A DNA stretch of 64,000 nt, from positions 1,647 to 65,646 of the forward strand of contig JBLHGU010000001.1 in the NCBI GenBank assembly GCA_047615875.1, given 5' to 3'. Shown in pieces: positions 38,386-49,002 of the stretch. Made by a program: the position numbers and the translations under genes. This stretch comes from Parasphingorhabdus sp. (GTDB taxonomy: Bacteria > Pseudomonadota > Gammaproteobacteria > Arenicellales > CAJQKF01). Each line of letters begins with the position of its first letter. Position 1 is the first letter of the stretch. The notes beneath the pieces were generated by a model. It ran no database searches and was not told where the DNA came from. It saw only the letters and a program-made list of their open reading frames with translations.

Positions 38386-38724
38386 AGCTTATAAAATTAT
38401 TGGAACGGGATTTGCTGGGAGTGGTTTATCGACTCTATTTTACGCTGCCGGCAAGGCGACGACACAAATTAGTTTTCCATTCCCTTTGCAAGACTTAAAT
38501 AGAACTCGCTAAACGAATGTAAATTCGTTGACAATCAGGACAATTTAAATAGTAAATGTCGTTTCTGATAAACAGATGTTGTCGACCAAAGCATTATGGA
38601 GGTCTTATAATCCCGCCTATGGTGATGGCGTCGCCAAGCAGTGTTTCTGTTTATTTCCTGTACGCCGGGACAATGCCCGGATCGGGTTGTTTCCAGTTCC
38701 GGACCAATGTATTGGAGATCTAAT

Positions 38725-39957
38725 ATGTTTGACCCGCAAAACCGTCCTGAGTATTTTACCTTCCATAACGACCAAAAGGCTGTCCTGCCTTTTTCCGACC
38801 AGGAATACGAAAACCGACTACAGAAGCTGCGCAGTTTGATGGCAGAAAAAGACTTGTCTGCGGCTATCTTCACCTCGATGCACAACATCGGCTATTTCAG
38901 TGGATTTCTCTATTGTAGCTTTGGACGGCCCTATGCCTGTGTAGTAACGCAAGATCGTTGTGTCACTGTATCCGCTAATATCGATGGTGGTCAGCCCTGG
39001 AGGCGTAGTTTCTCTGAGAACCTGGTTTATACCGACTGGAAGCGAAACAACTATTGGCGCGCAATAAAAAGCCTGCTTCCCGTCGACTCCAGATTGGGTG
39101 TCGAGGGTGATCACATGACCCTGGCATCACGTGATCAGTTAACAGGGTTTTTCCCTGCCGCTGAGTTGATCGATATTGCTCCAGCGACAATGCAACAACG
39201 TTTGGTTAAGTCTGCCGAAGAGCACGTTCTGATCCGAGCCGGTGCACGAGTAGCCGATGTGGGTGGTGCGGCGATTCGTGATGCAATACGAGTTGGAGCA
39301 ACTGAGCTTGATGTCGCTATGGCCGGTCGTGATGCCATGGAATCGGAAATTTCCAGTTCCTATCCCGATTCTGAACTTCGCGATAGCTGGGTGTGGTTTC
39401 AATCCGGTATTAATACCGACGGCGCGCACAATCCAGTAACCTCCAGACGATTGGAATACGGCGATATTCTCAGCCTGAATACGTTCCCAATGATCTCAGG
39501 TTATTACACCGCTCTTGAGCGTACATTGTTTGTTGGTCAGCCTGATGCCGCATCGCTGAAAATCTGGCAAGCCAATGTAGATGCTCATGAGCTGGGTTTG
39601 TCTCTGATCAAGCCTGGTAGCAAATGTTCTGAGATCTGTGCCGAAATCAATGAGTTTTTCGCCGCCAAAGATCTGCTGCAATATCGCTCATTTGGTTATG
39701 GGCATTCCTTTGGTGTGCTATCACATTACTACGGTCGCGAAGCGGGTCTTGAATTGCGTGAAGATGTGGATACGGTTATTGAGCCCGGCATGGTAGTTTC
39801 TATGGAACCGATGCTGACTATTCCGCTTGGAACACCAGGCACCGGCGGCTATCGTGAGCACGATATTCTGGTGGTTAATGAAACTGATGCAGAAAATATT
39901 ACCGGCTTTCCTTATGGACCGGAGCATAATATTGTGGAGTGCGCCAAGGCGGCATAA
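38725..39957 (+). CDS. Creatinase (creatine amidinohydrolase)
   Basis: From ATG 38725, with GGAG 8 nt upstream. IFTSMHNIGYFSGFLYCSFGRPYACVVT...SANIDGGQPWRR...WFQSGINTDGAHNPVT...GYYTALERTLF...YGHSFGVLSHYYGREAGLELRED is near-collinear with Pseudomonas putida creatinase as remembered. Confidence 0.88.
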   Translation: MFDPQNRPEYFTFHNDQKAVLPFSDQEYENRLQKLRSLMAEKDLSAAIFTSMHNIGYFSGFLYCSFGRPYACVVTQDRCVTVSANIDGGQPWRRSFSENLVYTDWKRNNYWRAIKSLLPVDSRLGVEGDHMTLASRDQLTGFFPAAELIDIAPATMQQRLVKSAEEHVLIRAGARVADVGGAAIRDAIRVGATELDVAMAGRDAMESEISSSYPDSELRDSWVWFQSGINTDGAHNPVTSRRLEYGDILSLNTFPMISGYYTALERTLFVGQPDAASLKIWQANVDAHELGLSLIKPGSKCSEICAEINEFFAAKDLLQYRSFGYGHSFGVLSHYYGREAGLELREDVDTVIEPGMVVSMEPMLTIPLGTPGTGGYREHDILVVNETDAENITGFPYGPEHNIVECAKAA

Positions 39958-40074
39958 TCTCCGGTTTGTAGTTGCAAAACAACTATCGGCGGGTTGCCAT
40001 ATAAAAGCCACTCGCCGATATTTTAGTTACCTTCAGAAGTACGGTTGGTCCACAGCCGCTAAATCTACGGATAT

Positions 40075-41349
40075 TTAAGCCCCGTAGTGAGATACCACGT
40101 ATTCATCTACCAATGACTTAAACTCATCAGCAATACTGTCGCCTTTCAAAGTTACAGTCTTAGCACCATCTTCATAAACCGGTGCCACAGGTCGTTCTCC
40201 GGAACCCGGTAAACTAATGCCAATATTAGCGTTCTTACTTTCACCTGGTCCATTTACCACACAGCCCATGACTGCAACGGACATGTCTTCAACACCAGGA
40301 TACTGGTCCTTCCACACGGGCATTTGATTGCGTAGATAGGATTGAATGTCCTGGGCTAGATGCTGGAAATAATCACTGGAAGTGCGACCGCAACCGGGGC
40401 AAGCGATGACCTGTGGCGTGAAAGATCGCAAGCCCATTGCTTGCAAAATTTCTTGAGAGACCCTGACTTCTTCACGACGATCGCCACCGGGTTTGGGCGT
40501 AAGTGACACTCGAATGGTGTCGCCTATACCCTGTTGCAGCAAAATTGCCATGGCAGCAGTGGAAGAGACTACACCCTTGTTTCCCATGCCAGCTTCTGTG
40601 AGTCCCAAATGCAACGGGTAATCGCACACACTAGCGAGATCCTGGTAGACAGAGATAAGATCCTGCACAGCACTCACCTTACAGGACAATATGATGCGAT
40701 CTGTGCCAAGACCCAGCTCCTCGGCACGTTTTGCACTGCTGAGTGCAGATTCAATCAGGGCATCATGGGTAATGGCCTCAAGGCTTTTTGGGCTGCCAGT
40801 GGCCTGATTCTGGTCTAGTAATCTCGCCAACAGGTCCTGATCAAGAGATCCCCAGTTCACGCCGATGCGAACTGGCTTGTTGTGGCGCATAGCAAATTCG
40901 ATCATTTTGGAGAATTGCGAATCTCGTTTGCTGCCTTTACCTACATTGCCTGGATTGATACGGTACTTGGCTAACGATTCGGCACAGGCGGGATTGTTTT
41001 CTAACAGCTTATGACCGTTAAAGTGAAAATCCCCAACGATGGGTACATTGCAGCCTAATTGAGCCAGGCGGTTAACCACTTCAGGCACCGCGGCCGCTGC
41101 TGAATCTGTGTTCACTGTAACCCGGACCAATTCAGAGCCGGCTTTAGCCAGCGCATAAACCTGGTTAACTGTGGCCTGAATGTCTGCGGTGTCGGTGTTG
41201 GTCATGGATTGAACGACAATCGGTGCATTGGCACCGACACTGACGTCACCAATTTGAACTTGTCGTGTTTTGTGTCTGGAAATCAAGAATGGAATTCCGC
41301 TCAGAAGGGCACTGCATTCTAACTGATGCAGGGAGGTGGCCTCAATGTC
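40075..41349 (-). CDS. ispG: 4-hydroxy-3-methylbut-2-enyl diphosphate synthase IspG (GcpE)
   Basis: [40 protein letters not shown] and GCVVNGPGE motifs. The start was set at the internal Met (MDIEATS); the track ORF begins 42 nt further upstream. Confidence 0.9.
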   Translation of the reverse strand, partial: DIEATSLHQLECSALLSGIPFLISRHKTRQVQIGDVSVGANAPIVVQSMTNTDTADIQATVNQVYALAKAGSELVRVTVNTDSAAAAVPEVVNRLAQLGCNVPIVGDFHFNGHKLLENNPACAESLAKYRINPGNVGKGSKRDSQFSKMIEFAMRHNKPVRIGVNWGSLDQDLLARLLDQNQATGSPKSLEAITHDALIESALSSAKRAEELGLGTDRIILSCKVSAVQDLISVYQDLASVCDYPLHLGLTEAGMGNKGVVSSTAAMAILLQQGIGDTIRVSLTPKPGGDRREEVRVSQEILQAMGLRSFTPQVIACPGCGRTSSDYFQHLAQDIQSYLRNQMPVWKDQYPGVEDMSVAVMGCVVNGPGESKNANIGISLPGSGERPVAPVYEDGAKTVTLKGDSIADEFKSLVDEYVVSHYGA

Positions 41350-41583
41350 CATAATCCTGGAAAAATCAGTTGACCACGAAAGTATGCACAAGCTCTAGTT
41401 GCACCAGGGAAATTCTAAAAATCGCTCATTACCAGTTAGGTAACCACGCAATTTTTAAATTCCCTTTGCACAACAATATCTTGCACATCTTTTTCACGCT
41501 CAGCTGATTTTTCCAGGATGATGAGATTATCAGGCTGGGGTTACTTCAGCGTACAATTGGAAATTTAGTTTTAGGAAAAATTT

Positions 41584-42591
41584 ATGATTATCAGCGACTT
41601 TATTCGCGACCTGCCCAAGGCGGAATTACATCTGCACATTGAAGGTACCTTCGAGCCAGAGTTAATGTTTGCCATTGCGCATCGAAATGGTGTCGAGCTT
41701 CCCTACAAATCAGTAGAAGAGCTACGTGGGGCCTATAACTTCTCAAATTTGCAGGATTTCCTGGATATTTATTATCAGGGCATGAATGTGCTGCTAAAAG
41801 AAGAAGATTTCTTTGATTTGACCAAGGCCTATCTGGATCGAGTTGCGGCACAAGGCGTTAAACATGTCGAAATATTTTTTGATCCCCAGGGCCATACCCA
41901 TCGCGGTATCGAATTTAAAACGGTTGTTGATGGCATCTGGCGTGGGCTTGAAGCGGGTCAAGAACAACACGGCATCAGTTTTGGGCTGATCATGTGCTTT
42001 CTACGCCACCTGGATGAAGAGAGTGCTTTTGAAACTCTACAGGAAGCCCTGCCGTTTAAAGATAAAATTATTGCTGTTGGTCTGGATTCAAGCGAGCAGG
42101 GCCATCCGCCATCGAAATTCGAGCGGGTTTTCGCGAAAGCCCGTCAGGAAGGCTTCAGATGCGTGGCTCATACCGGCGAGGAAGGACCACCGGAATATAT
42201 AAAACAGGCTATCGATTTGTTGAAGATAGACCGAATTGATCATGGCAATCGTTGTCTGGAAGATACAGAATTAACTCAACGCCTGGCTGAGATGAAAATT
42301 CCGTTCACAGTATGTCCTCTGTCTAACCTAAAGCTATGTGTGATCGATCGAATCGAAGATCATCCACTACCTGAGATGCTGAAACAGAAATTGAATATCA
42401 CGCTGAATTCTGATGATCCGGCATTTTTCGGCGGTTACATCGCTGAGAATTTTCAGGCGATGCAAGATGCGCTGGGCCTTTCAAATGACACGATGACAGA
42501 GATGGCACGCAACTCCTTTACGGCTGCATTCCTGAGTGATGAGGAAAAAGCCGGACATGGTCGTTCTATTGATAAATTCCTGGGTAAATAA
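41584..42591 (+). CDS. Adenosine-deaminase-family adenine deaminase
   Basis: 335 aa. LPKAELHLHIEGT, HTGEEG and LNSDDPAFFGG metal/catalytic motifs. The N-terminal region resembles the adenine-specific subgroup. Confidence 0.8.
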   Translation: MIISDFIRDLPKAELHLHIEGTFEPELMFAIAHRNGVELPYKSVEELRGAYNFSNLQDFLDIYYQGMNVLLKEEDFFDLTKAYLDRVAAQGVKHVEIFFDPQGHTHRGIEFKTVVDGIWRGLEAGQEQHGISFGLIMCFLRHLDEESAFETLQEALPFKDKIIAVGLDSSEQGHPPSKFERVFAKARQEGFRCVAHTGEEGPPEYIKQAIDLLKIDRIDHGNRCLEDTELTQRLAEMKIPFTVCPLSNLKLCVIDRIEDHPLPEMLKQKLNITLNSDDPAFFGGYIAENFQAMQDALGLSNDTMTEMARNSFTAAFLSDEEKAGHGRSIDKFLGK

Positions 42592-43201
42592 ACCTTATGC
42601 AGAAGGTGATATTTTTCTTGGCGTTATGGTGCCGAAAATTCGTCAACTGCTAAAGAACTCACCCGTTCTTGAAATGGATACACTGGAGTCTTTGCTCCAG
42701 TCTAAGTTTCATGAAGCGCGTTTTTTTGCGCTAATTGCGCTTCGTCAACAATACAATCGTGGTGATGAGCTGCAAAAACAACAGTTATTTAAGTGTTATA
42801 GGGGATGTATAGATCGGGTAAATAACTGGGATCTGGTGGATGTATCGGCACCCTATATTTCCGGTCATCATTTTTATACTCATGCTCGCACTGAACTTTA
42901 TAAATTGGCAAAATCGCGCTCCTTGTGGCGTCGCCGCATTTCGATTATGTCGACCTTCTACTTTATTCGACAGAAGGATTTCGCGGACACCTTATATCTA
43001 GCCGAACAGCTCATTGACGACAGGGAAGATTTAATGCACAAAGCAGTGGGCTGGATGTTGCGTGAAATTGGCAATCGCAATAAGGCTGCTGAATGTGGTT
43101 TTCTGGATAAATGGTCGGCACAAATGCCTCGCACTATGTTGCGTTATGCTATTGAGAAATTTCCTAATCAGGAACGTCAACACTATATGTCTTCAAATTA
43201 A
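42557..43201 (+). CDS. DNA alkylation repair protein (AlkD-like HEAT-repeat family)
   Basis: YAEGDIFLGVMVPKIRQLLK, SKFHEARFFALIAL, NNWDLVD and KAVGWMLREIG motifs. The 5' end overlaps the preceding gene by about 35 nt, and the N-terminal helix seems short, so the start is uncertain or the gene is slightly truncated. Confidence 0.6.
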   Translation: MVVLLINSWVNKPYAEGDIFLGVMVPKIRQLLKNSPVLEMDTLESLLQSKFHEARFFALIALRQQYNRGDELQKQQLFKCYRGCIDRVNNWDLVDVSAPYISGHHFYTHARTELYKLAKSRSLWRRRISIMSTFYFIRQKDFADTLYLAEQLIDDREDLMHKAVGWMLREIGNRNKAAECGFLDKWSAQMPRTMLRYAIEKFPNQERQHYMSSN

Positions 43202-43225
43202 CCTATCCCAATATGCTGGTGATTA

Positions 43226-44065
43226 ATGTATCAAAAAGCTGAACAGTTTCTAGAATTACATAGCTCTGGAAAAACATTTGTTATGCCCAATGCCTGGAAT
43301 GCAGGTAGTGCTATGGTGTTGGTGGAGGCAGGGTTTACATCCATTGCAACAACCAGCGCTGGCATTGCATTCTCCAAAGGGCTGCCGGATTATCAGAATA
43401 AATTATCCTTTGATGATGCATTACTGGAAACCCGTCGCATTGCAGCGGCTGTAGACGTGCCGGTTAGCATGGACTCCGAAAACTGTTATGGCGATTCAGC
43501 TCAGGCAGTATATGACAACATGATTAAAATTGCCGCAACCGGCGTGGTTGGCGCGAGCATTGAGGATCATGAACCAAACTCCAGTGAGCCTCTTTATGAA
43601 TTTGAGCTGGCGGTGGAAAGGGTTCAGGCAGCACGGGAGGCGCTGAACGGACTCGATTATCCCTTTGTATTAACTGCCAGAGCCGAATGTTATCTGGTGG
43701 GCCATGCATCGCCACTCGAAGAGTCCATTCGACGAGTGAATAGTTACAGAGAGGCCGGAGCAGATTGCCTTTATATTCCGGGTGTTCGAGATATACAGAC
43801 AATAGCGACATTGGTTAAAGAAGTTAACGGGCCACTAAATGTCGTAATGGGTCTATCTGGACCACCGTTGACTGTTGCAGAACTGGCTGACGTTGGAGTG
43901 GCAAGAATAAGCATTGGTGGTTCTTTAGCGCGGGCAACTTTGGGACTGGTTCGAAAGGCTGCCGATGAAATACTTAATCAGGGCGTGTTTAATTACGCTG
44001 CAGGACAAATTCCTGATGCAGAATTGTGTGAGCTTTTTGCAGAAAAATCATCCAATGTAAGATAA
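43226..44065 (+). CDS. Isocitrate lyase / PEP mutase superfamily protein (methylisocitrate-lyase-like)
   Basis: 279 aa. FVMPNAWNAGSA, TTSAG and GASIED motifs of the ICL/PEPM TIM-barrel family. Confidence 0.7.
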   Translation: MYQKAEQFLELHSSGKTFVMPNAWNAGSAMVLVEAGFTSIATTSAGIAFSKGLPDYQNKLSFDDALLETRRIAAAVDVPVSMDSENCYGDSAQAVYDNMIKIAATGVVGASIEDHEPNSSEPLYEFELAVERVQAAREALNGLDYPFVLTARAECYLVGHASPLEESIRRVNSYREAGADCLYIPGVRDIQTIATLVKEVNGPLNVVMGLSGPPLTVAELADVGVARISIGGSLARATLGLVRKAADEILNQGVFNYAAGQIPDAELCELFAEKSSNVR

Positions 44066-44113
44066 CACCGAGATATTGCTAGACCCCTTGCCGCTGATTG
44101 CCTGGAAATAATT

Positions 44114-44950
44114 ATGAATGACTATGTAAAGCCCGAACGTTGGGCGAAACCTGAAAACAAAATCTTTTCTTATCAAGTAGGCTTTACCTCGCCGCCCTAT
44201 GACTTTGATGCCGCACCGAGTGACTTTCTGCGAATTTCACCCCCATCTGTTGGCGTCCATGGACGCATGCTGCATGTGCCGGGCTACGTTCATCAATTAT
44301 CCCAACGCACCAGCAATTATCATTTGTTAGACGAATTCGTTGAGTGCATGGCTAACAACGGAGCTGATGTTTGTGGTCAGGTAGGAACTAACTGGGTGCA
44401 TGCTTCGGGCAGAACTCCAGATGAAATTCGTGATATGTGTAATCGCATTAGTGATACCTATCAAACGCCGTTTCATATGGCGGGTATGTGTCTGGTTGAA
44501 GGTTTGCGAGAACTCGGTGCTGAGCGTATTGCGATAAATTCTGTATACTACTGGCCCGATTGGCGCGATGGAATCGCCCGGTTTTTAAAGGAGGCAGGTT
44601 TTGATGTGGTCTACTACGGCAACTTCGTGGATCTGGAAATGTATCCTACACAACAAGATGTAAACGACTTAACCTGGGTATTTCCTGCTGATGTGGCGAA
44701 TCGTTCCATGCAAAGAATCGCCGAGTTAGCGCCAGATATAGACGCCTTTGTGGTTAATGGTATGCCTAATTTTCGTCTCGAAGATGGACTGACCCAACGA
44801 ATGGTGTCAAGAGAAGTAGAACTTGAAAAGCTGGTGGGTAAACCAATAGTGTCATCAGATAGTGCCTTGTATTGGCGCATCTATAAAACACTGGGAATTG
44901 GTCCAGTAACCCAACAGGGAAGGTTGTTATCTACCCTGAAGAGTCACTGA
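44114..44950 (+). CDS. Asp/Glu/hydantoin racemase-fold protein (maleate isomerase / arylmalonate decarboxylase-like)
   Basis: 278 aa. The assignment rests on overall pattern and size only and is tentative. Confidence 0.4.
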   Translation: MNDYVKPERWAKPENKIFSYQVGFTSPPYDFDAAPSDFLRISPPSVGVHGRMLHVPGYVHQLSQRTSNYHLLDEFVECMANNGADVCGQVGTNWVHASGRTPDEIRDMCNRISDTYQTPFHMAGMCLVEGLRELGAERIAINSVYYWPDWRDGIARFLKEAGFDVVYYGNFVDLEMYPTQQDVNDLTWVFPADVANRSMQRIAELAPDIDAFVVNGMPNFRLEDGLTQRMVSREVELEKLVGKPIVSSDSALYWRIYKTLGIGPVTQQGRLLSTLKSH

Positions 44951-45148
44951 GGAATCGGACGTTAGCTAATTTATGACATACCGAATTAGCGGTGAAATTT
45001 ACCCAGGAAAAGGTGCTGCAAGCAGAAGGTTTTCGTCATTCGATAGCTTGAAAATATTGAAGTGAGGTTTAAATAATTTATCCTGATTATTCTGCGTATA
45101 CCGAGGAAAACCTACTGCGATTCTATAAAGCGCTTAAAGATAACGATA

Positions 45149-45970
45149 TCAAGCTTGCGTAATATCGTCGCTATCTATTTTATGCCCCCAGTTCCGCTTG
45201 GCGGACAAATAATCCTGATTCCAGTTTGATACCCCGGCTACGTGTTTTTCAACACTTAGCTGGTCTAGCCCGGAAGCCGCCAGGTCTTCGATTTTCTTAG
45301 GATTATTGGTCAGTAACCGAATAGGTCGATTGCCAAGAAAATGCAGAATGAGCGCCGCCGCGTCACTAAAATCTCGAGAGTCTGCCGGTAAGCCGAGAGA
45401 TTCATTGGCCTGATAGGTGTTTTCTCCGGCATCTTGTAACAAATAGGTCGCTGCCTTGGCCCACAGTCCGATACCTCGACCTTCATGACCTGCCATATAA
45501 ATAATCATGCCGCCGCATGGGTCCTGATTGATTCTCTCCATTGCAGTCGCTAACTGTGGGCCACACTCGCAACGCTCAGACCCGAAAACATCTCCGGTTA
45601 AGCAGTTGGAATGTACGCGAACCAGAGGATTCTCCTGGTTTAGTGGATCACCAATCAGAAGCACGCTGTTAACTGCCATGGAGGTGGCAAGGGTGGCAAA
45701 TAAATTTTGTCCACCACTCTCACGCAGCGTAGCCGCTAGTTCTTCGACTTTTTCTAGCTCGGTGCTACGCACTGTAGCATACCATTTTGCTGTGTAATTC
45801 TTACCAGCCATTTTCAGTGGTAGGGGTATCGGCCCGAGCAAGTTTATGACCACCTCACCGGGGCGTACCGGATCATCAACCCCCAGCAATTCACCTCGGT
45901 GATTAATTTTCTGAAGCTTGCCTTCCTGTTCCAGGCGAGCTCGGACACTCGGGTTAATATAAGTAAACAT
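45149..45970 (-). CDS. GTP cyclohydrolase II (RibA)-like protein with extended N-terminal region
   Basis: RVHSNCLTGDVFGSERCECGPQL (Zn Cys triad), HEGRGIGL and LLTNNPKK. About 117 residues precede the RVHS motif, against about 50 in canonical RibA. Confidence 0.7.
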   Translation of the reverse strand: MFTYINPSVRARLEQEGKLQKINHRGELLGVDDPVRPGEVVINLLGPIPLPLKMAGKNYTAKWYATVRSTELEKVEELAATLRESGGQNLFATLATSMAVNSVLLIGDPLNQENPLVRVHSNCLTGDVFGSERCECGPQLATAMERINQDPCGGMIIYMAGHEGRGIGLWAKAATYLLQDAGENTYQANESLGLPADSRDFSDAAALILHFLGNRPIRLLTNNPKKIEDLAASGLDQLSVEKHVAGVSNWNQDYLSAKRNWGHKIDSDDITQA

Positions 45971-46168
45971 TTGTATTGGCTAAGACACGTGGGGAAAAAA
46001 TAAACAACAGGTAAATCAGTTTCTGTTGCGAGATAATTTGAAGTCTAAAGGATCAGACTCGGGAATCAAGTCGTGAAACATGGAATTGATCGAATGAATA
46101 TAAAAAACAACCATTGTTGAAGGGAATAGGGCGATAACAGCAGCACAAGATGTGTGGATGAATCAAAG

Positions 46169-47464
46169 CTATCGTCGGTTGGTTATTGAATCTTTAAGAT
46201 CCATAAAGCGCAGGCCCAGGTCGAGTCCGGGTCGATACCATGGCCAGCCTCTGTGCCACCAGCGAGTAGAAAAACTGGTATGTCGGAATGCTGTCTCACC
46301 TTCTTTCTCTCCCATAATGGACATCGCTGCCCGATAGCCTAGATAGGGTGCCATGGCATTGCCGCTGCCTGAAAAACCCATGGCGTGCCATATGCCGTCT
46401 ATCTGGCCTAAATGTGGCAGTGTTTCAAATGTGAACCCGGTAAACCCCCACCAGCTGTAGCTAATCTGAATATCTTCCAATTGAGGAAATATTTGTCTTA
46501 GCAATGATTTTAATTGTGCTCGGGCCAATGGTTCTGGAATTGGCAGCATAGCTGCGCGAGCACCAAGGATAATTCTTTTACCATCAGGAGATGGTCGAAA
46601 ATAACAATGGCGCATGCGGTTCTCGACGATCATGCGACCAGATGGAAATAGGTCTTTGATTGTTTGAGGTTCCATTTCCTCACTAGCGATGATGAAACTC
46701 GGGATTGGAATCATGCGTCGTCTGGCAGTCGACAATGCAGTAGGAGGGTATCCATTAGTGGCCGCGAGGATTTCTTGTGTAAAAAACTTTCCTCGTGATG
46801 AGGTTACAGTGAAGCCTGATTTTTGTTGTTGCACACCAACTACCGGGGTATTGCCCTGTACCAGTGCACCGTGGGAAATAGCTGCCTGTAAAAGCCCGCG
46901 GGTTAATTTGGCCGGATTTAGAGAACCATGATCTGGGTATACAGTTCCGCCATGGTAAAGGTCGGATGCGACCTCGTTTTTTTGCTCAGCACGGGACAGC
47001 ATATGGGCCTTAAGTGGGATCAAGCTTTTCAGTTTATCTAGTTCCCGGGCAGCTGGATCGAATTGCGCTGCACTCCACAGACCGCGGAAACGACCGCTAG
47101 TACGGTAGTCACACTCAATGCTTTCTTCCTCAATGATGCCTCGTGTGACTTTTTGTGATTCAAGATGTGCTTCCTGCAAAAACTGTCTGGCTAGTTTTTC
47201 GCCATATGTGGCAATCATTTTACTCACAGACAATTTATGTCCGCCACCCATCATGCCACCATTTCTAGAGCTGGCACCACTACCAGGGCACTCCGCTTCA
47301 AGTACAACAACGGATCGTCCGGCCTTGGCAAGACAGCGAGCAGCAGAGAGTCCGGTCAGGCCTGCTCCGATGATTACAATGTCAGCTTTATCTGGCAGTG
47401 GCTGTTGGGGAGGAGCGGCGGGTTTGGCGCCGGTATCCCACCAGTAGGGATGGGTTTTCAGCAT
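46169..47464 (-). CDS. FAD-dependent oxidoreductase (DAO family; gamma-glutamylputrescine-oxidase/OrdL-like)
   Basis: 431 aa. The N-terminus YWWDT...ADIVIIGAGLTGLSAA...ASSRNGG is typical of the PuuB/OrdL subgroup. Confidence 0.7.
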   Translation of the reverse strand: MLKTHPYWWDTGAKPAAPPQQPLPDKADIVIIGAGLTGLSAARCLAKAGRSVVVLEAECPGSGASSRNGGMMGGGHKLSVSKMIATYGEKLARQFLQEAHLESQKVTRGIIEEESIECDYRTSGRFRGLWSAAQFDPAARELDKLKSLIPLKAHMLSRAEQKNEVASDLYHGGTVYPDHGSLNPAKLTRGLLQAAISHGALVQGNTPVVGVQQQKSGFTVTSSRGKFFTQEILAATNGYPPTALSTARRRMIPIPSFIIASEEMEPQTIKDLFPSGRMIVENRMRHCYFRPSPDGKRIILGARAAMLPIPEPLARAQLKSLLRQIFPQLEDIQISYSWWGFTGFTFETLPHLGQIDGIWHAMGFSGSGNAMAPYLGYRAAMSIMGEKEGETAFRHTSFSTRWWHRGWPWYRPGLDLGLRFMDLKDSITNRR

Positions 47465-47828
47465 TAGGGCTCCTGGCTCAGTTTTTGTTCGACGCTGGAG
47501 ATTTTATCTGCCATGCTCTGTTGCCGGTCTGAGATACCAACGCCCAACGGCACCACGCAAAAATCCATCATCACATTCATATTTAAGATCCAGAAATAGG
47601 AGGCATGATTATACTCAGCCACCCTCTGATTCGCTATCACGGGAGCTTGTGAGATTCGCCAATTTACGCCTATTTTGTATGATGAAGGTGCCCCATATTA
47701 TCTTTTGTATTGATAAACGAAATGCTTTAATAGGTGCTTAAATTTGCATCCCACCGCGAAATAAGTAGAATGCTGCATCGCAACAAACTATTCAAGAATC
47801 TAGTTTCACCACTATTGGAGTAAAGTTT

Positions 47829-48806
47829 ATGAATCAACCCGTTCGCGTTGCTGTTACTGGAGCAGCCGGCCAGATCAGTTATTCAATGCTGTTTAGAATT
47901 GCTGTTGGCGATATGCTAGGTCCAGATCAGCCGGTAATCTTAAGTCTGCTGGAAATTACCCCAGCTCTGGACGCGTTGGCTGGTGTGGTAATGGAAATTG
48001 AAGACTGTGCATTTCCACTTATTGCGGGAATCGAAATTTCAGATGATCCAATGGTTGCGTTTAAGGACATCGACTATGCTTTACTGGTCGGTGCTCGTCC
48101 GCGTGGACCAGGAATGGAGCGTGCAGATTTGTTGAAAGCCAATGCACAGATTTTCTCGGCCCAGGGTAAGGCTCTTAATGCGGTAGCCAGCCGTGATGTA
48201 AAGGTACTGGTAGTAGGTAACCCTGCAAATACTAACGCCTTGATTACCGCTTGCAATGCGCCGGATATCAATCCTGGACAGATTACTGCCATGACTCGAC
48301 TGGATCATAACCGTGCCATTAGCCAGCTAGCGGGTAAGACCGGTGCGCATTCCACCACCATCAGCAAAATGATCATCTGGGGAAATCACTCTGCGACTCA
48401 GTACCCTGATCTGCACCATGCGACGGTAGAAGGTAAAGTCGCTACTGATTGTATTGATCAGGCCTGGATGACGGATGAGTTCATTCCAGTAGTTCAGCAA
48501 CGTGGCGCGGCGATCATCAAAGCCCGTGGCGCTTCTAGTGCGGCTTCTGCAGGTTCTGCTGCTATTGATCACATGCGTACCTGGGCTATAGGCAGTGCCG
48601 AAGGCGATTGGGTTAGCATGGGTATTCCTAGCGACGGCAGCTATGGTATCGAGCCTGGTATCGTTTATTCCTACCCTGTAGTATGTAAAGACGGCAATTA
48701 CGAAATTGTGCAAGGCCTTGAGGTCAGCGATTTTAGCCGTGAGAAGATGCAGGCAACCGAGCAGGAGTTACGTGAAGAACGGGCAGCTATCGAGGAGCTG
48801 TTGTAA
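47829..48806 (+). CDS. mdh: Malate dehydrogenase (housekeeping, LDH-unlike type)
   Basis: 325 aa. [50 protein letters not shown] and WGNHS motifs. It is followed by a strong terminator. Confidence 0.9.
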   Translation: MNQPVRVAVTGAAGQISYSMLFRIAVGDMLGPDQPVILSLLEITPALDALAGVVMEIEDCAFPLIAGIEISDDPMVAFKDIDYALLVGARPRGPGMERADLLKANAQIFSAQGKALNAVASRDVKVLVVGNPANTNALITACNAPDINPGQITAMTRLDHNRAISQLAGKTGAHSTTISKMIIWGNHSATQYPDLHHATVEGKVATDCIDQAWMTDEFIPVVQQRGAAIIKARGASSAASAGSAAIDHMRTWAIGSAEGDWVSMGIPSDGSYGIEPGIVYSYPVVCKDGNYEIVQGLEVSDFSREKMQATEQELREERAAIEELL

Positions 48807-48824
48807 CGAACCTTTATCTGGCAT

Positions 48825-48855
48825 AAAAAAACCCGGCCTTGAGCCGGGTTTTTTT
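48825..48855 (+). terminator. Rho-independent terminator after mdh (A-tract / hairpin / T-tract, potentially bidirectional)
   Basis: AAAAAAA-CCCGGC-cttga-GCCGGG-TTTTTTT, read directly. Confidence 0.85.
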
Positions 48856-49002
48856 ATGCAAAATTTCCCTATGGAAATTTCTAGTCAGGGATGTACGACT
48901 TAAAGGTTGCGAGTTGAACTAGCCGAATGCATTATAAGAAGCTGTGCCATGATCCTTTCTCTGGATCGAAGACGTATAATTATTGCTTGAGGAGAGCACG
49001 TC

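Noticed and set aside
38641-38724. An upstream extension of the creatinase ORF. Similar extensions precede fabA (15695), ispG (41391), RraA (22382) and the ligase (25551).
   Set aside because: Homology to the known proteins starts at the internal Met codons. For creatinase, GGAG sits 8 nt before ATG 38725. The extensions carry no recognisable sequence.
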